This document shows, in pieces, positions 54,792 to 63,569 of a DNA stretch of 64,000 nt; position 1 is the first letter of the stretch, and every line of letters begins with the position of its first letter. The position numbers and the translations under genes were made by a program. Origin of the DNA: a virus (lineage: Duplodnaviria; Caudoviricetes); IMG/VR virus record IMGVR_UViG_3300001525_000506, positions 11,552 through 75,551 of that record; one strand, written 5' to 3'. The notes below the pieces were generated by a model, which ran no database searches, was not told the DNA's origin, and saw nothing but the letters and a program-made list of their open reading frames with translations.

Positions 54792-55217
54792 TTAAATGCG
54801 GTGATATATCTTAATCGTTTTATCGTCGCTTATCTCGTCTTTGATAACACTCAAAACCGTATCCCAATCGCCAGACGCAATTTCGCACCCGTAATGGAAC
54901 GGAAACGCAACTCTCATCATACCGTGAACGTTCATAAAATCGTTCACGTTTCGCATACAATCCCTCAATGCATTGCAATCGGTTACGAATCTCTCATTTT
55001 GGCTGAAACAATTCGCGATAACATACGTAGGCGTTGGCGCATAACACACTTCGCCCAAACGTTTCGGTTTGAATTTGACATACTCTGCATTGACTTCGGG
55101 ATATTCGTCTGCAATCTGAGCCGCGATTCCAGCGCCCATAACACCTTGCAGATTCACTTGGTGACACAACATATCGCAATCGTTTCTGAGTGCGTCGCCG
55201 TAAACGTCTATTACCAT
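54792..55217 (-). CDS. Macrodomain protein (TARG1/DarG-like)
   Basis: LCHQVNLQGVMGAGIAAQI..IANCFSQ..VAFP..GCEIASGDW. Confidence 0.85.
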   Translation of the reverse strand: MVIDVYGDALRNDCDMLCHQVNLQGVMGAGIAAQIADEYPEVNAEYVKFKPKRLGEVCYAPTPTYVIANCFSQNERFVTDCNALRDCMRNVNDFMNVHGMMRVAFPFHYGCEIASGDWDTVLSVIKDEISDDKTIKIYHRI

Positions 55218-55396
55218 TCGTAATCCTCCCAGCGATTATTGCGCCAAATGGGGTCGCTCAACGCATAAGAATACTCGTTAGCAGGGTCCCACAATTTCTC
55301 GTAGAACTCAGTGCCTTCCTTGTCATATTGTTTTGCCCATTCTTTTTGCTCGTCCGTACATTTAGTGAACGGCGTTTCGTCTTCTATTTTAATCAT
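55211..55396 (-). CDS. Small acidic protein (candidate immunity/antitoxin)
   Basis: 61 aa, coupled downstream of kinase. Confidence 0.5.
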   Translation of the reverse strand: MIKIEDETPFTKCTDEQKEWAKQYDKEGTEFYEKLWDPANEYSYALSDPIWRNNRWEDYEW

Positions 55397-56385
55397 AGAA
55401 CCTCCTTTGGTTTCCCTATTGTCTTCAAATGCTTTGGCTTTTGTCCATACGGCACATCGTTGCTATAAATCAACATACCGCCTATGTCTTTATTCCTCGC
55501 CAACGCATTTATCGTTTTTACAATGCCGTAATCAGAACGATATACGACCTCGCGAGGCACATATCGCGCTTGTCCGTTGCCCTTCTTCAAATTGCCTTGA
55601 AAACGCAAATCGTTTCTTCTTTCAGCCTCTTGCGCGGGCAAATCGTTATACACAACATCGATTGTATATCCGTATTCTTTTAGTCTGTTCACGACTTTTT
55701 CTATGCTACTCGGAGAACCACCGACTTTGCCGATAAGAACATTCGCACCGTCCTCCAATGCCTGTCTTTGCATATTATCCGCAAGAATACCCGCCTCTTT
55801 CTGCGTCTTCCCAGACATTGTCGGGTCGGCTTGGAATTCGGGTATGTATCTCGTCTTGAAAATGTCCGAATCGATTTCGTACGCGCCGTTGCTCTCTAAT
55901 ATCGGATTTGAAAGCGAACTCTTTCCGCTCCCAGGCAATCCCAACATCAAAACCGCGTGGCGTCCGTGTTGTATCTTTCGTGACGACTGCTGTTTCGCGA
56001 TTTCGTCGTCAACCCACTTTTTTCGAAGTGACTCACGCTCTTCGCTGTTGTCATAAATCGTAGGTTTTCTGCCGTCGTTCGCTCTGGCTATAAAATCTTC
56101 ACCATAGACTTCTTTGTCTTTTTCAAGTAGTCTATTGAAGAAATCTTTTCTCTCGTTATCCGACATTCCAACAAGACGCGTTATTTTTCGTCCTCCTCGT
56201 TGCCTATATTCTTCTTCTAAAAGGTCTTCGAGTTTGAATATTTTATGAGGCTCCCCGAAAAGCCTATTTGCTTGCTCTTCGGGGTTATCATAATACGTAT
56301 TCGGTTCGCCGTCGCTTATATATCGTCCAGTCTCGGGATTATAATCTTCCATCCCGTGACCGCCGTTTCCCATTTTCTGTGCCAT
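55393..56385 (-). CDS. Zeta-toxin-like P-loop kinase with N-terminal extension
   Basis: LMLGLPGSGKS, EIDSDIFK, GANVLI, GYTIDVVY..AERRN..R, RYVP; start MAQK at 56385. Confidence 0.8.
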   Translation of the reverse strand: MAQKMGNGGHGMEDYNPETGRYISDGEPNTYYDNPEEQANRLFGEPHKIFKLEDLLEEEYRQRGGRKITRLVGMSDNERKDFFNRLLEKDKEVYGEDFIARANDGRKPTIYDNSEERESLRKKWVDDEIAKQQSSRKIQHGRHAVLMLGLPGSGKSSLSNPILESNGAYEIDSDIFKTRYIPEFQADPTMSGKTQKEAGILADNMQRQALEDGANVLIGKVGGSPSSIEKVVNRLKEYGYTIDVVYNDLPAQEAERRNDLRFQGNLKKGNGQARYVPREVVYRSDYGIVKTINALARNKDIGGMLIYSNDVPYGQKPKHLKTIGKPKEVL

Positions 56386-56416
56386 GTCTTTTTCGCTCCG
56401 TATTATACCAAATAGG

Positions 56417-56644
56417 TTATTCCGCGTCAATAGGGTTTCTGAAATATTTTTGGACAATACCCAAAATCCTATCTTTCAAAGACATTATATGGTTGAACGT
56501 CTTATTTGTCAACTGCTGTGTACCTTCAAGAAACCCCGTAACGTTATCCGAGATTTCCAAATCGGGGTCAGTATCAGCAATTACGCCGAGAGCCTCTTTT
56601 GCCTCATATTCGCTTATGCCAAGCATTCGTGCAATTTCTTCCAT
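56417..56644 (-). CDS. Small acidic protein (candidate immunity)
   Basis: 75 aa directly after ART-like gene. Confidence 0.5.
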   Translation of the reverse strand: MEEIARMLGISEYEAKEALGVIADTDPDLEISDNVTGFLEGTQQLTNKTFNHIMSLKDRILGIVQKYFRNPIDAE

Positions 56645-56650
56645 ATAATA

Positions 56651-57673
56651 TTACCAGTCCTTTGTTGTTTTAACGTGTTTATAGTTGAGTATGAGCGAAT
56701 AATTCGCGCCCGTATTATACACACAATCGTATCCGAGCATGAGCGCAGGAAATAATTCGTCATTCATTGCTGTGTTGTGAAATTGTCTTACAACATTATC
56801 GCAATAAGTGTCGTCTTTTCCCCGTTTTTGCAAAGATTCTCTCAGATTCTTTTCCATTTCGGGAAGTCGTACCTGAAATTCTCGCGAAACGACGTGATAA
56901 TCCGTATCAGTTATTGTATGTCCGTTTTTGTTATCGATTAAGTATCGCATAACCACACCGCTTGACCCCGCATAAGAGCGGGCTGTATGTGTGTCATAAG
57001 CAGAGTAAATACAACTTCCGTACATTCCGTTTGGCAAGACCAATTTGTTATCAGTCTTACCCAATGAATCCGCAAGTCTATCGTCTGCATTGTGCACACC
57101 TCTTGTAACACATGCAACGTCCATATACGGGAAATTCTTATAACTGCTCGTATTCATTCTCTGCGCCATTCTCCATTCTCTATTGAACTGCGCATTATCG
57201 AGTTCCGTAACGGGATTGAACTTTTTCTTCGCGACCAAATTCGTCAATATTGCGTTGATATGTGAATGCGACGTTCTCGTGGTCCCGAAATAACTTCCGT
57301 TTCTATCCGCAGTATGGAACCCCGCCTTCTCAATTTCGTCCAACATATCGTCTTCATAAAACTTGTCGATATTATCCACGACATATTGAGTATCTCTGAG
57401 TTCGTTACTCTTCCACCAACGCTCTTTCTGGACTTGCTCCCAAATCGAATTCGCTTTCGGAGCGTTATCGTCACTATCGGTCAACCACGACCATTTTTGA
57501 GATGGTTTTTTATTCGTATCCGAGGCGTCAGTCAACCACGAATATTTCTTCTTACTTTTTCCCGTAGTTGAAGAAGGCGCAGTCGTTTTACCGTCTGCGC
57601 CCTCACTCGGTGAACTCGAAAATCTTCCTTGCGCGTCGTGGTTCGGATTTCCTTTCGTGTTACTCGATTTCAT
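56651..57673 (-). CDS. Putative internal head protein with C-terminal ADP-ribosyltransferase-like fold
   Basis: N-terminal GNPNHDAQGRFSS; VTRG..GMYGSCIYSA..ARSYA..GYDCV..YSLILN. Confidence 0.55.
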   Translation of the reverse strand: MKSSNTKGNPNHDAQGRFSSSPSEGADGKTTAPSSTTGKSKKKYSWLTDASDTNKKPSQKWSWLTDSDDNAPKANSIWEQVQKERWWKSNELRDTQYVVDNIDKFYEDDMLDEIEKAGFHTADRNGSYFGTTRTSHSHINAILTNLVAKKKFNPVTELDNAQFNREWRMAQRMNTSSYKNFPYMDVACVTRGVHNADDRLADSLGKTDNKLVLPNGMYGSCIYSAYDTHTARSYAGSSGVVMRYLIDNKNGHTITDTDYHVVSREFQVRLPEMEKNLRESLQKRGKDDTYCDNVVRQFHNTAMNDELFPALMLGYDCVYNTGANYSLILNYKHVKTTKDW

Positions 57674-57674
57674 C

Positions 57675-58526
57675 TTAAGCCTCCTCGATTGCCTTCTTGA
57701 CCTCGTCAAAGCTATCGATATCGCCGTCGGCAAACGCTTTAACCATTCCGTCAACATTCAACGTCTTTCCCTTGTTCTTCGCCATATCGGCTATGCTTTG
57801 AATTTCGTCATAGTTGTCCTGAATGAACTTCTTCGGGTCGCTTTGAGCCAATGAACGGTCGGGAGACGATGTCGGTTGAGCCTGAGCCTGAGCCTGAGGT
57901 TGAGATTGTGCTGCTTTCTTCTTTGAGAATGTGTTAGGCATATTCTTCGCTTGAGGTGCGTATTGTTTCGCATACGCTGAAATGTTCGCACTCGTGATTT
58001 TAATCGTATTCGTCGGCGTCTTTCCGCCTTTGCCCTTAGCCGTTTCGCCAAGACCAAAAGCACCAAAACTTCCGCCGTTGTCGTCTTTATGGAATTCCAT
58101 AAACGATTTAATGAATTCGTCTGCACTCGTTACCGTGTCGGGCATAATATACTTCTTGCCCGAACTCGCAATGAACGTGCCTTTTCCCGTCTTTTTCGAG
58201 AACGAAATTTCCCAGCCCTTCATAAACGGAGGCACCGTTTTGCCCCTCGACGGTCCATATTCTAATTCCTTTTTGTTGGCTGAATTGTATGTGAATTGTC
58301 CGTCTTTGTCACGAGGCTGGCTCACTCTCACCAATGCGTCAGGGTGATTTCTTCTATACTCGTCTGCCTCTTTTGGCGTGTCCGCCACGTAATCGATTTT
58401 TTGACCTTTTGCCATCGGAGTGCCGCCGCCAGTGGACTCTTTGAAGTTTCCGATTTGAGTTCCTGTACCGCCTTGTTTACTGGGAGTAAATATGTTGCCC
58501 CAGTTCGTTTTTGGGTTTTTAGCCAT
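57675..58526 (-). CDS. Putative internal head/ejection protein
   Basis: First gene after capsid; QPRDKDGQFT motif; QAQAQAQ linker. Confidence 0.5.
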   Translation of the reverse strand: MAKNPKTNWGNIFTPSKQGGTGTQIGNFKESTGGGTPMAKGQKIDYVADTPKEADEYRRNHPDALVRVSQPRDKDGQFTYNSANKKELEYGPSRGKTVPPFMKGWEISFSKKTGKGTFIASSGKKYIMPDTVTSADEFIKSFMEFHKDDNGGSFGAFGLGETAKGKGGKTPTNTIKITSANISAYAKQYAPQAKNMPNTFSKKKAAQSQPQAQAQAQPTSSPDRSLAQSDPKKFIQDNYDEIQSIADMAKNKGKTLNVDGMVKAFADGDIDSFDEVKKAIEEA

Positions 58527-58556
58527 TATTTCCGCTACTCCTTATTATCTTTTTAA

Positions 58557-58590
58557 TGAAAGGGGCGAACCCTTTATCGAATTCGCCCCA
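58557..58590 (-). terminator. Terminator-like hairpin after capsid gene
   Basis: ggggcgaa..ttcgcccc followed by TTTC. Confidence 0.6.
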
Positions 58591-58619
58591 AGCGATTTTA
58601 CGCTACTTGTCGCCGTTGA

Positions 58620-59906
58620 TTAGCCAACTGGAACCGTGGTCGTTGCCAAGATTTTCTTGTCGCTATCGATTGCGTAGTATTTGGTTGCCGCAGATACGAC
58701 GTCGCCCTCATGAGCAAGAGTGAAGTTCGTAAGCGTATCGCCGACATCCTTCGTGGTTGTGCCGCTACCGCCGTCAGACTTGGTGTCGGTAGAAGTGCCA
58801 ACAAAGACGAGTGCGTTACCAGGAATGGTCGCAATAGAGGAGATGATGTGCTTGTTGTCGCTCTTTCTGACTTTCGTCATAATGTCAAGAGCAAGTGCGG
58901 GTACGACATCCTCAGATTTTTTGACTTTGTTGAGGTAGATTGCAATTCTCTTGTTGTCGGGTACGAACACGTCGTGATAAATTCTCGCGAAAATCGTGTA
59001 ACCGTCGAAACCACGTGCTGCAAGGTTTGCCTCGCCAGAGATAACTTTGACTTTCTCATATTTCACAACGTGCATAATCGCACTCTTTGCGACCATAAGG
59101 AAGTTGATGCCTCTGGAACCTTCGCCCCAAGTATAACCGCCGCTTACGAGGCTGATATCGGTACGAAGTCTGTCGGGAGATACCGTGATAAGTGTTCTGC
59201 CTTCATATTTCTCAATCTTGAAACGAATATCTTTGTTTGCATTGTAATCTTCTTGGGTGAGGAATTTGTGAATTTCGCCAGAGTTACGCAATGCCGTCAT
59301 AAATGCGGGCGAGCAGAATGCGACTTGGTCGTCTGCAGGAACTTCGTGCTCCTCGAAATATTGGAATGCCGCGTTCAATGCAGCAAGCGGTTTTGCGGTT
59401 GCAGGGTCACTGTAATCGCCTTCAACGGTTGCAGCACTCGTTGCATAACTTGCAATCGTGCTCAAGCAGTATGCGTCAACTTCAGGAACGATGGTCGTTC
59501 TGCTGATTTCCGTTACGCCGAGACCGACAAGTTCGTCACCGCTCTCTTCGTTGTCGAAGTATTCGATTTCAAATGCAGCCGCGCGGTCACATCTGAGAGT
59601 GAACTCTTCCCAAGTAAGTCTTGCGGGGCTCTTTTGATAGCCGAAATCGCTTGCGCCCACAAAATTCGTGTCAGAGGACGGAACTTGCGGAACTCTGCTG
59701 TCGCCGTAGCCGTTTGCGTTGTTGTTTCTGTAGTAGTCGTTAAGACCACCGTTTTGGAATTTACCAATCTTAACGGTCTTTGCACCCGTGAATTGCAAAA
59801 GTTTCGGATTCGCGTCGAGTACGCTCGTGACCGCTTCTTGTTTGTACACAAGGTCCCAATACTTAGGACTGTAATTGGTAATAAGTTCAATGTTGTTGTT
59901 AGGCAT
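58620..59906 (-). CDS. Major capsid protein with C-terminal extension
   Basis: NNIELITNYSP..DLVYKQEAVTSVLD, GAKTVKI, WEEFTL..DRAAAFEIE..DNEE, VPEVDAYCLS, RIYHDVFVPDNK; follows scaffold. Confidence 0.88.
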   Translation of the reverse strand: MPNNNIELITNYSPKYWDLVYKQEAVTSVLDANPKLLQFTGAKTVKIGKFQNGGLNDYYRNNNANGYGDSRVPQVPSSDTNFVGASDFGYQKSPARLTWEEFTLRCDRAAAFEIEYFDNEESGDELVGLGVTEISRTTIVPEVDAYCLSTIASYATSAATVEGDYSDPATAKPLAALNAAFQYFEEHEVPADDQVAFCSPAFMTALRNSGEIHKFLTQEDYNANKDIRFKIEKYEGRTLITVSPDRLRTDISLVSGGYTWGEGSRGINFLMVAKSAIMHVVKYEKVKVISGEANLAARGFDGYTIFARIYHDVFVPDNKRIAIYLNKVKKSEDVVPALALDIMTKVRKSDNKHIISSIATIPGNALVFVGTSTDTKSDGGSGTTTKDVGDTLTNFTLAHEGDVVSAATKYYAIDSDKKILATTTVPVG

Positions 59907-59991
59907 AATTCTTACTCCATGCTTTTATTTTATTTTTTCTTTTTTTCAGCCGAAGTGCAATTATGCTTTTGTCGATTTTCCCTTGCTATCC

Positions 59992-60384
59992 TTATTTGTT
60001 GCTGTTGAATCCGAACAGTTTCGCCGCTTTCTTTTCGTCGTCGTCCTCTTCGTCTGCTGCCGCTGCCTTCGGTTCGTTTTCGGGTTCGTCTTTCTTCTCG
60101 CCCTCGTCGTCGCCGAACTCTTTCGCCTTCTCAACGTCTTCTTTATCGACGCCTTCTGCCGCAGATTCCGTTTGTTTCAAACCGTTCTTCTTCTTGTCTT
60201 CGTCCGACATCGCCTCGAACTCTTCCGTGAATTCGTAACCCATAAGCTCCGTAAGCGCTCTCAAGTCGTCCAAATCCATTTTATCGTTCGCATACATAAG
60301 GTAAAGCGTCTTGACAATGTCTTCCTCGGAATAGCCTTCTGACTTCAATTGTTCCAAAGCCTTCTTCGCTTCTTCAATCGTCAT
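59992..60384 (-). CDS. Acidic scaffold-like protein
   Basis: Highly D/E-rich; ends AAKLFG like the upstream scaffold (VRNLFG). Confidence 0.5.
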   Translation of the reverse strand: MTIEEAKKALEQLKSEGYSEEDIVKTLYLMYANDKMDLDDLRALTELMGYEFTEEFEAMSDEDKKKNGLKQTESAAEGVDKEDVEKAKEFGDDEGEKKDEPENEPKAAAADEEDDDEKKAAKLFGFNSNK

Positions 60385-60419
60385 TTTTTGTTTGTCTCCT
60401 TTTCTCTATTTTCTCGAGA

Positions 60420-61178
60420 TTACATCCCGAACAAGTTTCTCACACGGTCTTCTTCCGTGTCAGTGCTACCGTCATCTTTAACCGTTGCCTCGTTGCCCAA
60501 TCTCCTCAATACTGTCGGAGGTTGCTGTTGTGCTTGAGGTTGATTTTGGTCTGCTGTCGTCGCTGGTGCTACCGCCGCCACTGATGCCGTTCTCCACTCG
60601 GGATGGCTCGCTATCTCCGCTTCAATGTTCTCAGGCGTGACTTCGTATCCCTTTCCTTTCAAGATATACTTCACGTCGTCCCATCTCGCGGCGTCAATGT
60701 TCGACTTCAACAACGCATTCTCCGTCATGAGTTGTACCATGCTCTCTTTCTGCTTGTTGTATTCGTCGTCGAGAGCCGCATAAGTTTGTCCCCTTCCAAA
60801 CACGTCATTCATTTCCTCATCGTTGCTTACACCATAACGTCCGTAAAGTTCGCGCATAGCACTCTCTCTGCCTTCTTGGCGCGCTCTCCCTACAAGTTCG
60901 TTTACTTGGCTCTGAGTAAGCATCTTCTCAGGTACGGGTTCGGGTTCGTTCGGGGCAATATTCGAATCGACATTCGATTCGCCGCCGTCTTCGGGTTGAA
61001 TCGGGGAGTCAATCGGTTGGTCCTCTTCGTTAACGGGCTCAGCTTGAACGTCCGTTTCTTCCGTCTCCGTCTCCGCTATCGGTTCTTCATCTGTAACCGA
61101 TACGTCTTCGTTCTGTGTTTGGTCCTCTTCGGTCGTAGGAGACTGCTGTTCAGCTCTCTTCTTCTCTTCTTCGTTCAT
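60420..61178 (-). CDS. Capsid scaffolding protein
   Basis: Acidic disordered N-terminus, KMLTQSQVNELVGRAR..HPEW; directly upstream of capsid. Confidence 0.75.
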   Translation of the reverse strand: MNEEEKKRAEQQSPTTEEDQTQNEDVSVTDEEPIAETETEETDVQAEPVNEEDQPIDSPIQPEDGGESNVDSNIAPNEPEPVPEKMLTQSQVNELVGRARQEGRESAMRELYGRYGVSNDEEMNDVFGRGQTYAALDDEYNKQKESMVQLMTENALLKSNIDAARWDDVKYILKGKGYEVTPENIEAEIASHPEWRTASVAAVAPATTADQNQPQAQQQPPTVLRRLGNEATVKDDGSTDTEEDRVRNLFGM

Positions 61179-61250
61179 TGTTTCCTTTTTACCTCTCTTT
61201 CTTCGAGTTTTTCCCGCTTATTTTACGATGTCGGTTCACATCTAATTCAT

Positions 61251-61279
61251 ATCTTAACACACTCTACACACAATTGCAA
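61251..61279 (-). promoter_or_regulatory. Head operon promoter
   Basis: TTGCAA-17-TAAGAT. Confidence 0.55.
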
Positions 61280-61682
61280 CACCTTTTTTAATCTTTTTTC
61301 GTGTTTATGCCCGCTTTTTCTCGTCTTTTGTGCTAAACGCGTTCGCATAGAGGCGGGGAGGAATTCGATTTGGGTTGGATACGTTCGCTGAACTCGACCA
61401 CAAAAAAATGAGTGGGGCTACGTGTGAGGTCCGTTGTGATGTGGGATTGGGCTAAATCCGTTCGCAAGAGGGGGCGGGTCGGGCATGGAGGCATTACTCA
61501 TATACCCCCTCTCCGAGAACCACACTACCCCCTACCCCTACCGTAGGCATATCCGCAGTCGGCGAGCGAGGCAGTGGGTGAGAGCGATAGCGCATACGCC
61601 TACAAGAGCTTGCCGTGCAAAGACGGCTATATGTGGAGTGAAAAATATCCGAAAAAAACTGAATTTATTTTGTAAAAAACTA

Positions 61683-61711
61683 TTGACAAAGCAAATCTTG
61701 TATGTTATAAT
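61683..61711 (+). promoter_or_regulatory. Consensus sigmaA promoter
   Basis: TTGACA-17-TATAAT with A-tract UP element. Confidence 0.85.
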
Positions 61712-61766
61712 CTACTTGTAAAAAGGTTGAGAGAAGTCCCAGCCGAAACAAAAGGAGATACGAATT

Positions 61767-62159
61767 ATGACACAAGAACAAGCAATTAGAAGAATTAGTG
61801 ATATTATCAAGAACGGCAACAACGACGATTTGATGTACATCAACAACGGCTATCAAAGCGAAGTCAATGGTGATAACTACATCTACCGCATGAACGATTT
61901 CGACGAGATTATGGGCGGCGAGATTGCGCCATCGGAATTGGCTTGCAGAATATTCTATGGCGATTTCAATCCAAATCATGATTTCTTTTGGTACGACGGT
62001 TACGGCAATTTGCAATCAAGCGATTATGTCAGCGATTGCCCTTATGTTGGCGAGGACGACATAGCTGAATGGTGTGTGGAACATGATGAGGATTTTGAAG
62101 ATTGGAGAATCAGAGATGTCCTTGACGAATATAACGAAAACGAAGAGGAGGAGGAATAA
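61767..62159 (+). CDS. Very acidic early protein (candidate DNA mimic)
   Basis: 35 D/E vs 7 K/R in 130 aa; RBS aaggaga; own promoter and terminator. Confidence 0.75.
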   Translation: MTQEQAIRRISDIIKNGNNDDLMYINNGYQSEVNGDNYIYRMNDFDEIMGGEIAPSELACRIFYGDFNPNHDFFWYDGYGNLQSSDYVSDCPYVGEDDIAEWCVEHDEDFEDWRIRDVLDEYNENEEEEE

Positions 62160-62196
62160 AAAAGGAGCGACGGTTACGAGCCGTCGCTTTTCTTTT
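62159..62196. terminator. Bidirectional terminator
   Basis: A-tract agcgacgg-N7-ccgtcgct T-tract between convergent genes. Confidence 0.8.
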
Positions 62197-62974
62197 AGTT
62201 TTGTCGCCGTGCAGACCGACGCATCATCGAAGTGAAGTCGTCGCAGGGAGCGAGTTCGTTCAGGTGTTTGTAAATTTCGTAACGTGTTCGGAAGTAAGCA
62301 TTGTCGTCGTAGTATTCAGGTGTGTAATGGTAAGCGTTGTATTGGTGTAGCACTTTCTTAGGCGACGACGATAGAACATCAGCAGTTGCGACGGGAACGA
62401 AGTAATGGCGACAGTAAGGACGAGTTGTAAGCCAAATAGGAGCCTTGACGACAGATTGAATGGTGCGGACGTTGCGGTTACGAATGTAGGCGAGGATTTT
62501 ATCCCTATCCATTGGTGTTACTTTTGTGCGCCAAAACCTATCGATGTAGATTTTGCCTTGATAATCATCATGACCACAAGAGCAGTTTGAATGGTACGAG
62601 CAAGCATAGAATATGGGTTCGTATCCGTAGTCTTGTTCGAATTGAGCCATAGCCTTGCCGAGAGCAATACGCTTTTGTCTTGAATCCGAAGACGCAAGTA
62701 CGCGTCGAGATGCAGACATGAACGAATCATAAGCCGTGCGAGATGAGAGGATACGAGTCCAGTCGTCGCCCGACGCTTTCAACCGACGAGCGTAGTTGTA
62801 TGCGTTGTTGAATAGACGAGCGCGTTCGCGACGGTTCAGTCCACCATAGGAATCGATTACGGTTCGGAGTGCGGTTGCAATTTCAGCGAGTCGAGCATTG
62901 TGTTTGATACCATTGGTTACGATACTCATAAGCTGCAGCGTTGCTTTTTCAGATGTGTATGTTTGTGTTCTCAT
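62195..62974 (-). CDS. Minor head protein (MuF/SPP1 gp7-like)
   Basis: YACSYHSNCSCGHDDYQGKIY..TTRPYCRHYFVP; start MRTQ at 62974, apparently leaderless. Confidence 0.75.
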   Translation of the reverse strand: MRTQTYTSEKATLQLMSIVTNGIKHNARLAEIATALRTVIDSYGGLNRRERARLFNNAYNYARRLKASGDDWTRILSSRTAYDSFMSASRRVLASSDSRQKRIALGKAMAQFEQDYGYEPIFYACSYHSNCSCGHDDYQGKIYIDRFWRTKVTPMDRDKILAYIRNRNVRTIQSVVKAPIWLTTRPYCRHYFVPVATADVLSSSPKKVLHQYNAYHYTPEYYDDNAYFRTRYEIYKHLNELAPCDDFTSMMRRSARRQN

Positions 62975-62980
62975 ACGACG

Positions 62981-63009
62981 AGTATAACACACAAGGAGTA
63001 GCCGTGCAA
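62981..63009 (-). promoter_or_regulatory. Promoter giving leaderless mRNA
   Basis: TTGCAC-17-TATACT, ATG 6 nt downstream. Confidence 0.65.
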
Positions 63010-63092
63010 GTAGTGATATAATAAAAATCGCAGCGGAACAAAAAGGTCGTCGAAAAAAATACAAAAAATTTTTACCAAATGTGTTAAAACGC

Positions 63093-63121
63093 TTTACAAA
63101 TAAAATCATATTTGATATAAT
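63093..63121 (+). promoter_or_regulatory. sigmaA promoter
   Basis: TTTACA-17-TATAAT. Confidence 0.75.
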
Positions 63122-63169
63122 CAAGATGATGGTTGAGGGAGTCAACCGATACAAAGGAGTTAAGAAACT

Positions 63170-63451
63170 ATGACAAATCAAAACGCTTACATGCAACAAC
63201 TTATCATCAACGACCATGGTGTTGAAACGGTTTACGTAAACATTTGCAAATACCGCCCGTCGTACGCAAAGATTGTTGCTTGGAAAAACAAAATGGACAA
63301 GCAATACAAAATCAACGAGAATGGACATTTTGAAATTAATTCATACAGAGGTTTCAAGTGGGTTGGCATTGGAGTAACGATTGAAACAAAGACATACGAC
63401 ATTGGAACTGGAACGGGTTGTCAGCCGATGGAATATCTTCCTCTGGCGTAA
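63170..63451 (+). CDS. Early hypothetical protein
   Basis: RBS aaggag; own promoter; terminator 63474-63508. Confidence 0.65.
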   Translation: MTNQNAYMQQLIINDHGVETVYVNICKYRPSYAKIVAWKNKMDKQYKINENGHFEINSYRGFKWVGIGVTIETKTYDIGTGTGCQPMEYLPLA

Positions 63452-63569
63452 TCGATATCAAACACACAACAAGAAATAGCGGTTGAGAAATCGACCGTTA
63501 TTTTTTTTATCTTTTGTATTCGTAACCCGTGCAAAGCCTTATCGTCTGCAGCAAGTGTTCGAGAGCGAA

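Noticed and set aside
47165-59906. Stop-codon reassignment (code 4 or 15)
   Set aside because: Long structural genes are intact in code 11, and TGA/TAG act as normal stops in coupled junctions.
58710-60008. 432-aa plus-strand ORF, and the many other plus-strand ORFs
   Set aside because: Antisense shadows of well-supported minus-strand genes, lacking promoters and RBS.
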